A stretch of DNA of 64,000 nucleotides from an uncultured Chloroflexia bacterium (GTDB lineage Bacteria > Chloroflexota > Limnocylindria > Limnocylindrales > CSP1-4): the NCBI GenBank assembly GCA_963767165.1, contig CAVYCV010000005.1:196767-260766 (forward strand), written 5' to 3'. Under the pieces are notes generated by a model. The model searched no databases, was not told where the DNA came from, and was given only the letters and a program-made list of their open reading frames with translations. Position 1 is the first letter of the stretch. Every line of letters begins with the position of its first letter. Below, piece after piece: positions 40,301 through 48,330 of the stretch. A program made the translations under genes and the position numbers.

Positions 40301-41371
40301 ATGACCGACCTGCTCACTCAACTCAACAGCCCTCGCTACCGCTTGGCCATCCCGGCCTCGGTCTCAGCGCGCCTGCCGTCCTCGGAGATCACGGGCTTCG
40401 TCGTCGCATTCGCCGTCTGGGTCGTGATCGTCGCGCTGGCGCAGCCGCTCGGACGGTCGTGGGGCTCCGGGCTGGAGGCCTTCTGCTACTGGGCCAGCCA
40501 CTTGTCGGCCCCGTACGCCAACTCCGACTGGACCAAGCCCGGGGCCTACGTCTACTCGCCCGCCTTCCTCCAGCTGGTGTCACCTCTGACCGCCCTGCCG
40601 TGGGGCTTGTTCATGGGCGTCTGGACGGCGATCATGCTGGCGGCCGTCCGCTTCCTGACCGGGCCCCGGCTGTTCGCGCTCGGGGCGCTGCTCGCGGTCT
40701 TCGAGCTGTTCGGCGGCAACATCTCCCTGCTGCTCGCGGTCGCGATGGTCGTCGGCTTCCGCTGGCCAGCGGCATGGGCGTTCGTCATCCTCACCAAGGT
40801 CACCCCCGGCATCGGACTCCTGTGGTTCGTCGTCCGGCGCGAATGGCGCCAGCTCGGGATCGCACTTGGCGCGACTGCGGCGGTCGTCGCCGTGTCGGCC
40901 GTCCTCATGCCGGGCGCCTGGCTCGAGTGGATCCAGGTCCTGATCCGGATCGCCGGGCGCGATGGCACCTGGGCCGCGGTCCCGATCCCGTTCATCGTCC
41001 GCCTGCCGTTCGCCATCGCCGTCGTCGTGTGGGGCGCCCGGACGGATCGCCGCTGGACCGTCCCCGTGGCCGGCATGCTGGCGTTGCCCGCCCTCTGGTA
41101 CGGCGGTCTGAGCATGCTGCTCGCTGTCATCGTCCTGCGCGAGCAGGATGCCCGCTCGGCCGGGACCGCGTCGCCGGCTGCTGAGCCTCACGCCGGCCTA
41201 CAGCCGGGCGAGGGCGAGCGTCCCGAGCTTCTTGGCCATGTCGAGCAGCTGGTCAGGCGTCATATCGGACGGGAACCCGTCGATGGGCACGCCGCTCAGC
41301 GTCCCCACCGCGAGCGACAGCAGCGTGGCGCCCTTGAGGACGTGCAGCTCGACGGCAGCGTAGGCGGGTAG
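40301..41371 (+). CDS. GT87/DUF2029-like polytopic membrane protein (putative glycosyl- or mannosyltransferase)
   Basis: Many TM helices and loop motifs as in GT-C/DUF2029. The last about 60 aa look non-conserved and overlap a minus-strand ORF, so the true 3' end is uncertain. Confidence 0.45.
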   Translation: MTDLLTQLNSPRYRLAIPASVSARLPSSEITGFVVAFAVWVVIVALAQPLGRSWGSGLEAFCYWASHLSAPYANSDWTKPGAYVYSPAFLQLVSPLTALPWGLFMGVWTAIMLAAVRFLTGPRLFALGALLAVFELFGGNISLLLAVAMVVGFRWPAAWAFVILTKVTPGIGLLWFVVRREWRQLGIALGATAAVVAVSAVLMPGAWLEWIQVLIRIAGRDGTWAAVPIPFIVRLPFAIAVVVWGARTDRRWTVPVAGMLALPALWYGGLSMLLAVIVLREQDARSAGTASPAAEPHAGLQPGEGERPELLGHVEQLVRRHIGREPVDGHAAQRPHRERQQRGALEDVQLDGSVGG

Positions 41372-41545
41372 CCAGACCGCCTCGTCGCCAAGCCCCGTGA
41401 CGGCCTTCGCCTCCGGATTGCCCTTGAAGGTCCCGAACGTCGTGCCATGGCCAGGTGCCCTCCCGCTGGATCGTCCAGGATCCGCACGGTACCAGCGCGG
41501 CCGCAGCGTCGTGTCGTGACATCGCGTGAAATCGGCCATGCTCAT
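41198..41545 (-). CDS. hypothetical protein or gene fragment (conserved-looking C-terminus ...VPIDGFPSDMTPDQLLDMAKKLGTLALARL)
   Basis: 115-aa ORF abutting the divergent murJ start by 15 nt and overlapping the GT87-like tail. May be a remnant of a lipoprotein gene. Confidence 0.2.
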   Translation of the reverse strand: MSMADFTRCHDTTLRPRWYRADPGRSSGRAPGHGTTFGTFKGNPEAKAVTGLGDEAVWLPAYAAVELHVLKGATLLSLAVGTLSGVPIDGFPSDMTPDQLLDMAKKLGTLALARL

Positions 41546-41559
41546 CGCATGCGCCGCGC

Positions 41560-42934
41560 GTGGAGTGGATGACCGTCCTGTCCAGGCCGATCGGCTGGGT
41601 CCGCGGACTCGTTGACGTCGTCTTCCCGCGCGGCGCCGTCGTCCTGTCCGTCCTGAGCCTCGTCTACTTCGCGATGGGCCTCGTCCGCAACAGGGTCTTC
41701 GCGAACACGTTCGGCGCAGGGCCCGAGCTCGACGCCTACAACGCCGCGTTCCGGATCCCGGAGATCGCGCTCGACGTGCTGGTGGCCGCCGGGCTGACGG
41801 CCCCGTTCGTCCCGATCTTCACCAGCCTGCGTCGGACGGACGAGCGTGCCGCGAACACGTTCGGCCAGACCATCCTGACCGGCGCGATCGTGATCATGGC
41901 CGTCGCCTCGACGGTCCTGGCGATCGCGGCACCGTGGCTGGCCGACGCCTTCGAGGGCTTCGACCCGGCCACCCGCGAGCTGTACATCGAGCTGTTGCGG
42001 ATCAACTGCATCGCCCAGGTCCTCTTCGCCGCGTCGTTCGCACTCGGCGAGGTGTTGGTGGCGAACCGGCGGTTCGCGTTCTACGCGTTGGCGCCGGTTC
42101 TGTATTCCGGCGGGATCGTCCTCGGGACGGTGCTCTTCGCCGGTCGCTTCGGGGTCTATGCCACGGCCTGGGGCGCCGTCGCCGGCGCCGCTGCGCACCT
42201 CGGGATCCGCGCGCTGGGCACCCGCCAGACGTCGTTCCGGATCCGGGCGGCCAGCGCCTTCCGCACGCCCGCGTTCCGCGAGTTCATCCGGCTGATGGTG
42301 CCCCGGATGATCAGCCACCCGATCGAGCCGATCACCGTGACCTACTTCACGATCATGGCGGCGTCGCTCGGGGCGGGCAGCGTCACCGCCCTGAACTTCG
42401 CCAGCGACTACCAGGTCCTGCCCGTCAGCCTGATCGGCGTGGCCTTCTCGCTCGCGGTCTTCCCGACCCTGTCAGCGGCCTACGCCGACGGGAGACGCGG
42501 GGACCTACCGCGCCGTGCTCGGCCGAAACCTGGTGACGATCGGCCTGCTGACCCTCGCCGCGGCGGTCGGCCTCTTCCTGCTATCCGGGGTCCTGGTCGA
42601 CGTGCTGCTCGGGGGCGGGAAGTTCGGCCCCGACGATGTCGCGCTGACGGCCAGCGTCGTGGCCGCGTACGCACTCTCGATCCCCTTCGATGCGCTCGCC
42701 TACCCGCTCTCGCGCGGGCTCTATGCGACCCACGACACGATCCGTCAGGTCGCCTCGTCGTTCGTGGGGCTTGGCGTCGTCGTGGTCGTCTCGCAGGCTC
42801 TTGTCGGCCCGCTCGGGATCCTCGCGATCCCGCTCAGCTACGCGGTCGGGATGGCGGCCAAGGACGCCTTGCTCGCGATGTTCCTGGCCGGCCGCGTCCG
42901 GGGCATCGGACGCCCCGACCCTACGGGGCGCTGA
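41560..42934 (+). pseudogene. murJ: lipid II flippase MurJ (MviN) gene with a frameshift near 42495
   Basis: N-terminal about 310 aa (…FANTFGAGPELDAYNAAFRIPE… to …VFPTLSAAYADG) are in frame 1. The C-terminal 139 aa (TYRAVLGRNLVTIGLL…YATHDTIRQV…) are in frame 2 (track ORF 42515..42934). The two frames overlap at GACGGGAGACGCGGGGACCTACCG. Confidence 0.75.
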
Positions 42935-43883
42935 GCGTCGGGACGACCGAGATGTAGAGGTCGTCGCGATCCTTGTAGCGGCCCTCCGGCCGGTGCCACT
43001 TGAGGTAGTTGCGCTCCATCTCGGCGGCATCCTGGAACGTGCCCGGCGGATCCGAGCGGCCCCAGATGCTCGAGACCCGCGGATACCAGGGGTCGAGGAT
43101 GTAGGCGCCCGACACCTTGGCGTCCTTGAAGACCAACGGATCGGCGTCGGCCCGGAAGCCCGTCATGACCCAGGTGTGGGCGCCGCGCCAGGCCAGCAGG
43201 ATGACCGGTGAATTCGTCTTCAGGATCGCCTTGGCCGCGTCCCGCAGCGCGCCGCTCCGTGTCTTGTAGGCGCGGACCTCGTAGCCGGGAGCGCCGTACG
43301 CATCGAGGGCAAGGGCCATGGCGCCCGGTCCCCAGTCCCCGTTGTGGCTGTCCGCGTAGCTCTCCCACTTGCGCACGTTGGTCTGGAGCTTCTTCTGGAA
43401 CGCATCCGAGGTGTCCGCCAGACCCAGGACGGCGAGGGTCATCTGGACGCCCGCCGGCGAGCACCAGGTGTCCCGGAGCTCGGACGCGAAGACGGCCTTG
43501 GGCTTGGCCACGATGTCCACGTCGACGCGCTTGCGGTCGGGCACCGGGGTCGGAGTGGGCGTCGGCTCGGGTGTCGGCTCGGGCGTCGCGGCGGGATCGA
43601 CCGGGCCGCTCGGGGTCGCGAGCGGGATCGGGGTCGTGGTCGCTTCGGGCGCCTCCGACTCCTCGTCATCCTCCGGATCGGTCACCAGGACCGTGCTGGG
43701 AGCCGGGCGATCGGGCGGCGGGCCCGCGAGGTAGCGGTCGACCCGGTCGAGCAGGTGGTCGAACCGGTCGCCGACGCCGAACGCGTTGACCGCCACGGCG
43801 CTCGAGCCGACGGCGAGGCCGAGGAGGACGACCATCGCCGACCCGGAGATGAGCTGCGTGCGGCGGCGAGGTCGACTGAACAT
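42921..43883 (-). CDS. secreted or membrane-anchored protein with Pro/Thr-rich linker and C-terminal C39-like (papain-fold) peptidase domain
   Basis: N-terminal TM (MVVLLGLAVGSSAVAV), linker EPTPEPTPTPTPVPD, and a C-terminal domain with candidate Cys (WCSPAGVQM) and His (GAHTWVMTG) residues. Confidence 0.45.
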   Translation of the reverse strand: MFSRPRRRTQLISGSAMVVLLGLAVGSSAVAVNAFGVGDRFDHLLDRVDRYLAGPPPDRPAPSTVLVTDPEDDEESEAPEATTTPIPLATPSGPVDPAATPEPTPEPTPTPTPVPDRKRVDVDIVAKPKAVFASELRDTWCSPAGVQMTLAVLGLADTSDAFQKKLQTNVRKWESYADSHNGDWGPGAMALALDAYGAPGYEVRAYKTRSGALRDAAKAILKTNSPVILLAWRGAHTWVMTGFRADADPLVFKDAKVSGAYILDPWYPRVSSIWGRSDPPGTFQDAAEMERNYLKWHRPEGRYKDRDDLYISVVPTLSAP

Positions 43884-43980
43884 GCGCGGGGCGGTCCTCC
43901 GGGGTTGGTCATCCTACGGTCAAACGACGATGAGGGCGTTGCAGCTGAGACGCCGTGAGCACCCGTGCCGTTGCGTCCGG

Positions 43981-44394
43981 TCACGGCTCCAGGTCGAACG
44001 TCCGCACGTGGCGGGGTCGGAAGACGGCGATCGGCCGACGGTCGAATGTCGCGATCCGGCGGATGCCCAGGCGCTCGGCCGTCGCGACCAGCACGGCGTC
44101 GGCCAGGCGCGGTCGGTGCTCGGCGGCCGCCTCCAGGTGCTCGGCCGCCCGGGTGAGATCCTCGTCAGTCGGGGCGATGAGCCGGATCCCGCCACCGGTC
44201 ACCGAGCGGATCAGCGCGAGCGTCGCGTCGAGGCCCATCTCCCGCTGGAACAGGACGTCGAGCTCGGCGAGGGTGAGGTCTCCGAGCAGCAGGGGCTCGT
44301 CGGCGCGCCGGAACCACGTGATCGCCGCCGCATGGTTCAGGTCGGCCTGGTCCGCGGCGGCCAGCACGGCACTCCCGTCGAGCAGGATCGCCAC
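43981..44394 (-). CDS. vapC: type II toxin VapC (PIN domain ribonuclease)
   Basis: 137 aa; PIN acidic residues (LLDGSAV...D..., ...ATFDRR...). Sits 10 nt downstream of the antitoxin gene. Confidence 0.75.
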   Translation of the reverse strand: MAILLDGSAVLAAADQADLNHAAAITWFRRADEPLLLGDLTLAELDVLFQREMGLDATLALIRSVTGGGIRLIAPTDEDLTRAAEHLEAAAEHRPRLADAVLVATAERLGIRRIATFDRRPIAVFRPRHVRTFDLEP

Positions 44395-44403
44395 GGGGGT
44401 CCG

Positions 44404-44655
44404 CTACCTGGAGACGGGCCGGCGTCGCACGGCCTCGCGTCGGGCGATCGAGCGGCCGTCGAGCGACAGGCGACCGTGCTGACTCCGTCCGACCGCCAGG
44501 AACGGCAGGTCGGGCGCCTCGTCGTGCGCCTCGAGGAACGCCTCGATCGCAGCGGTGATGACCGCCGTGCGGGTCGTCCGATGCCGGGAGGCGTACCGCC
44601 CGACGCGTTCGAGCAGGTCCTGGTCGGCGAGGATGGTCGTCCTGTGCGTGGCCAT
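44404..44655 (-). CDS. vapB: type II antitoxin (ribbon-helix-helix/VapB-like)
   Basis: MATHRTTILADQDLLERVGRYASRHRTTRTAVITAAIEAFL resembles an RHH fold. Directly upstream of the PIN gene. Confidence 0.6.
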   Translation of the reverse strand: MATHRTTILADQDLLERVGRYASRHRTTRTAVITAAIEAFLEAHDEAPDLPFLAVGRSQHGRLSLDGRSIARREAVRRRPVSR

Positions 44656-44762
44656 ATGCCGACATATATGACACGTTGGCGTCGAGGGGTCAACCCGTGC
44701 GACCATGATGTCCCGCCCGTCGGCCGTCGTCGATCCAGTGCCGTGTCAACCGGAGGCCCACC

Positions 44763-45953
44763 GTGGACCGTTTCGAGCCCAATCTCCGCATCCCCGGCCC
44801 AACGGCCCTGCCGCCGTCGGTCCGCGTCGCCGGTGGCCGCCAGATGATCAACCACCGCGGACCCGAGTTCGCGGCGATGCTCGAGCGGATCCTGACCGGC
44901 ATGAAGCCGTTCTTCGGGACGAGCTCGGACGTGGCCATGATCACGACCGCCGGATCCGGTGGCCTCGAGGCCGCAGTCGTCAACACCCTCTCCCCGGGCG
45001 ACAAGGTGCTCGGGGTGTCGATCGGCTCGTTCGGCGATCGGTTCGCGAAGATCGCGCGCATCTACGGCGCCGACGTCACCAAGCTCGACGCCGAGTGGGG
45101 CTATGCGGCGGCCGCCGACGAGGTGCGCGAACAGCTGCGGGCCGTGCCGGGCGTCAAGGCCGTGCTGCTGACCCATAACGAGACCTCGACCGGGGTGATG
45201 AACCCGATCCGCGAGCTCGCCGCGGCCATCCGCGAGGAGGCGCCCGAGGCCCTCATCCTCGTCGACAGCGTGTCGGGCCTCGGCGCGGTCCCCTTCGAGA
45301 TGGACGCCTGGGGCGTGGACGTCGTCGTCACCGGGTCGCAGAAGGCCTGGATGTCGGCACCGGGCCTGGCGATGGTCGCGGCCTCGCCGCGGGCCTGGGC
45401 GGCGATGGAAACGGCGACGATGCCCCGCTTCTATCTCGACCTCATGGCGCACCGCGAGAGCCACGCCGCCGGCCAGACGCCGTTCACGCCGGCCATCGCG
45501 GTCGTCTACCAGGTCGACGAGGGCCTGCGGATCATGGCCGAGGAGGGCGCCCCGGCGATCTTCGCCCGCCACGAGGCCTGTGCGGCCGCAGCGCGGGCGG
45601 GCCTGGCAGCCCTCGGCTTCGAGCTGCTGGCCGACGCGAGCGTCGCCTCGAAGACCGTCACCGCAGCGCTCATCCCCGAGGACCTCGACTGGAAGGCGTT
45701 CAACGGCGAAGTCAAGCGCCGGGGCGTCGTCCTCGCCGGCGGCCAGGGCAAGCTCACCGGCAAGATCTTCCGGCTCGGGCATCTCGGGTCGGTCACGGTC
45801 GAGGAGATCCTCGGTGCGCTGAGCACGCTCGAGTTCGCCTCCCTCGCGACAGGGCGGCCCGTCCGTCCGGGCGTGTCCGTGGCCGCGGCGCAGGCCGCCG
45901 CGGTCGAGGCGTCCGCTCTCGCGGTCCCGGCTCCCGCCGGGGCGGGCGCGTGA
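44763..45953 (+). CDS. serC: class V aminotransferase (probable phosphoserine aminotransferase, SerC-type)
   Basis: PLP fold-type I class V (…VTGSQKAWMSAPG… with a Lys). Its stop overlaps the serA GTG start (GTGA). Confidence 0.7.
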   Translation: MDRFEPNLRIPGPTALPPSVRVAGGRQMINHRGPEFAAMLERILTGMKPFFGTSSDVAMITTAGSGGLEAAVVNTLSPGDKVLGVSIGSFGDRFAKIARIYGADVTKLDAEWGYAAAADEVREQLRAVPGVKAVLLTHNETSTGVMNPIRELAAAIREEAPEALILVDSVSGLGAVPFEMDAWGVDVVVTGSQKAWMSAPGLAMVAASPRAWAAMETATMPRFYLDLMAHRESHAAGQTPFTPAIAVVYQVDEGLRIMAEEGAPAIFARHEACAAAARAGLAALGFELLADASVASKTVTAALIPEDLDWKAFNGEVKRRGVVLAGGQGKLTGKIFRLGHLGSVTVEEILGALSTLEFASLATGRPVRPGVSVAAAQAAAVEASALAVPAPAGAGA

Positions 45954-47533
45954 GGATCCTGGTCGCCGAATTGGTCGCCGCGGAGGGCCTCGAGCTCCTT
46001 CGCGCCGACCACGAGGTCGACGTCAGGACCGGACTCTCGCGAGACGAGCTGTGCGCCATCCTGCCCGACTACGACGCCCTGGTCGTCCGCAGCCAGGTCC
46101 AGGTCGATGCGCAACTCATCGCCGCAGGGACACGCCTCGTCGTCATCGGGCGGGCGGGCGTCGGCGTCGACAACGTCGACCTCGACGCGGCCACGCGGGC
46201 CGGCATCACGGTCGTCAACGCCCCGACCGGCAACACGATCGCGGCCGCGGAGCACACCTTCGCCCTCCTCTACGGCCTGGCCCGCAAGACGGCGCCGGCC
46301 GATGCCTCGATCCGCCGCGGCGAGTGGGAGCGCGCCTCGTTCACGGGTCGCGAACTGCGCGGCCGGACGCTCGGCATCGTCGGGATCGGCAAGATCGGCC
46401 AGGCCATCGCGGTCCGCGCCCGGGCCATGGAGATGACGGTCCTCGGCGTCGACCCGTTCGTCACCCCGGAGCAGGCGGCCAACCACGGCGTGGAGCTCGT
46501 CGAGATGGACGAGCTGCTCCGGCGCTCCGACGTGGTCACGGTCCACGTCCCGCTGACCCGCACGACCCGCGGGCTGATCGGCAAGACGGCGATCGCCAAG
46601 CTCAAGCCAGGCTCGATCGTCCTCAACGTCGCACGCGGCGGCGTCCTCGACGAGGCGGCGGTCGCCGACGCGCTGCGCTCCGGTCATCTCGGCGGGGCCG
46701 GGATCGACGTCTTCGAGCACGAGCCACCGACCGATTCCCCGCTGCTCGACGCCCCGAACACCCTGCTGACGCCGCACCTCGGGGCGTCCACGGCCGAGGC
46801 CCAGATCCTCGTTGCGGAGGAGGTCGCGGCACAGGTCCTCGACGTGCTCGAGGGTCGGAGCGCCCGGTACGCGGTCAACGCGCCGCTGCTGACGCCCGAG
46901 ACGGCCCGGGCGATCGCGCCGTACCTGCCGCTCGCCGAGGTCCTCGGCCGGTTCTTCGCCGAATTCACCCGCGGCGGCCTCAAGACGCTGACCCTCGAGA
47001 TCGCGGGCGACCTCGCCGCGTTCGACGGCACGCCCCTCACCGCCGCCGTCCTGCGCGGCCTGCTCGAGACGACCACGACGGAGCGGGTGAACCTCGTCAA
47101 CGCCGGCGCCCTGGCCAAGGCCCGGGGGATCACCCTCATCGAGCGCAAGACGCCCGACGCCGGGGCGTTCGCGTCCCAGTTGACGCTCTCGACCGAGCGA
47201 CGCGGCGTGACGACAACCGTGGCCGGGACCGTCGCGGGCGGCGAGCCGCGGATCACCCGTCTCGACGACTACCGCCTCGACATGGCCCCATCGGACGTGA
47301 TGCTCATCACCCGGCACATGGACCGCCCCGGGACCGTCGGGCGGATCGGGATCATGCTCGGCGAGGCCGACGTGAACATCAGCGCGATGCACCTCGCCCG
47401 GACCCGTCCGCGCGAGGACGCCCTGATGATCCTGGCCCTCGACGACGACGTGCCCGACGGCGTCGCGGACGCGATCCGGGCGCACGAGAACGTCCGGGAC
47501 ATCTGGACGATCCGGCTGGGGAGCGAGCGCTGA
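45950..47533 (+). CDS. serA: D-3-phosphoglycerate dehydrogenase (with ASB and ACT domains)
   Basis: GIVGIGKIGQAIA Rossmann motif, catalytic NVARGG...D...TPHLGAST, and a C-terminal ACT domain (MLITRHMDRPGTVGRIGIMLGEADVNISAMHLAR). 527 aa. Confidence 0.9.
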   Translation: MRILVAELVAAEGLELLRADHEVDVRTGLSRDELCAILPDYDALVVRSQVQVDAQLIAAGTRLVVIGRAGVGVDNVDLDAATRAGITVVNAPTGNTIAAAEHTFALLYGLARKTAPADASIRRGEWERASFTGRELRGRTLGIVGIGKIGQAIAVRARAMEMTVLGVDPFVTPEQAANHGVELVEMDELLRRSDVVTVHVPLTRTTRGLIGKTAIAKLKPGSIVLNVARGGVLDEAAVADALRSGHLGGAGIDVFEHEPPTDSPLLDAPNTLLTPHLGASTAEAQILVAEEVAAQVLDVLEGRSARYAVNAPLLTPETARAIAPYLPLAEVLGRFFAEFTRGGLKTLTLEIAGDLAAFDGTPLTAAVLRGLLETTTTERVNLVNAGALAKARGITLIERKTPDAGAFASQLTLSTERRGVTTTVAGTVAGGEPRITRLDDYRLDMAPSDVMLITRHMDRPGTVGRIGIMLGEADVNISAMHLARTRPREDALMILALDDDVPDGVADAIRAHENVRDIWTIRLGSER

Positions 47534-48324
47534 CCGGCTCGCCGATCCCGGCCGGGCTGAACGCGACGCTGGTCCTCGTCCGCCACGGCGAGAGCGAGTA
47601 CATCGTCGAGGGTCGGTTCCAGGGCCAGGCGGAGACGCCGCTGTCCGCGACCGGCCGCCGACAGGCCGCCCTCGTCGCCGAGCGACTGGCCGACCTCGAG
47701 CGCTCCCCGGCCCTGCCGATCCCGACCGGCCCGCCCCACGAGATCGTCCACTCCCCGCTGGGTCGGGCCGCCCAGACCGCGGCAGCGATCGCGGATGCCC
47801 ATCCGGCCCATCCGATCCTTCGGCCGGATCCGCACTTCGGCGAGATCGGGCAGGGCGAGTGGGAGGGCCTCCATCGCGACGAGATCAGTGCCCGGTTCGC
47901 CGATACGCTGGCAGCCTGGCGCCTCAGACCGACCGAGGTCTGGGCCCCCGGCGGCGAATCCCTCGCCGAAGTCGCCGATCGCGTCCGCGACGGCCTGGCC
48001 GCGACCCTCGGGGACCTCGCGGGTGAACCTGTCCGGCAGGTCGCCGACCCCGTGGCCGGCTACGGCCAGTCGCGCCACGACGGACCGTGGAGCGTCCTCG
48101 TCGGTCACGACGGGGTCTTCAAGGTGACGATGCTGACGCTGTTCGACCTGCCCCTGGAGCGGTTCTGGATGTGGTCGTTCGACCTGTGCGGCATCACCGT
48201 CGTCGAGCTCCGTGCCGGGCGACCCGTCCTGCGCGCGCACAACCTCACGGGACACCTCGCACCGGTGCTGGATGCCGCGGTCCTGGCCGAGCGCTCGGCG
48301 CGCGAGGCCAGCGGCGCCCTCTGA
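47530..48324 (+). CDS. histidine phosphatase family protein (phosphoglycerate mutase-like); no canonical start codon upstream of the catalytic RHG motif
   Basis: LVLVRHGESEY... with His in RHG and later ...GHDG. The only in-frame start-like codon before RHG is a CTG at 47530 overlapping the serA stop. Confidence 0.6.
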   Translation: MTGSPIPAGLNATLVLVRHGESEYIVEGRFQGQAETPLSATGRRQAALVAERLADLERSPALPIPTGPPHEIVHSPLGRAAQTAAAIADAHPAHPILRPDPHFGEIGQGEWEGLHRDEISARFADTLAAWRLRPTEVWAPGGESLAEVADRVRDGLAATLGDLAGEPVRQVADPVAGYGQSRHDGPWSVLVGHDGVFKVTMLTLFDLPLERFWMWSFDLCGITVVELRAGRPVLRAHNLTGHLAPVLDAAVLAERSAREASGAL

Positions 48325-48330
48325 GGCCGG

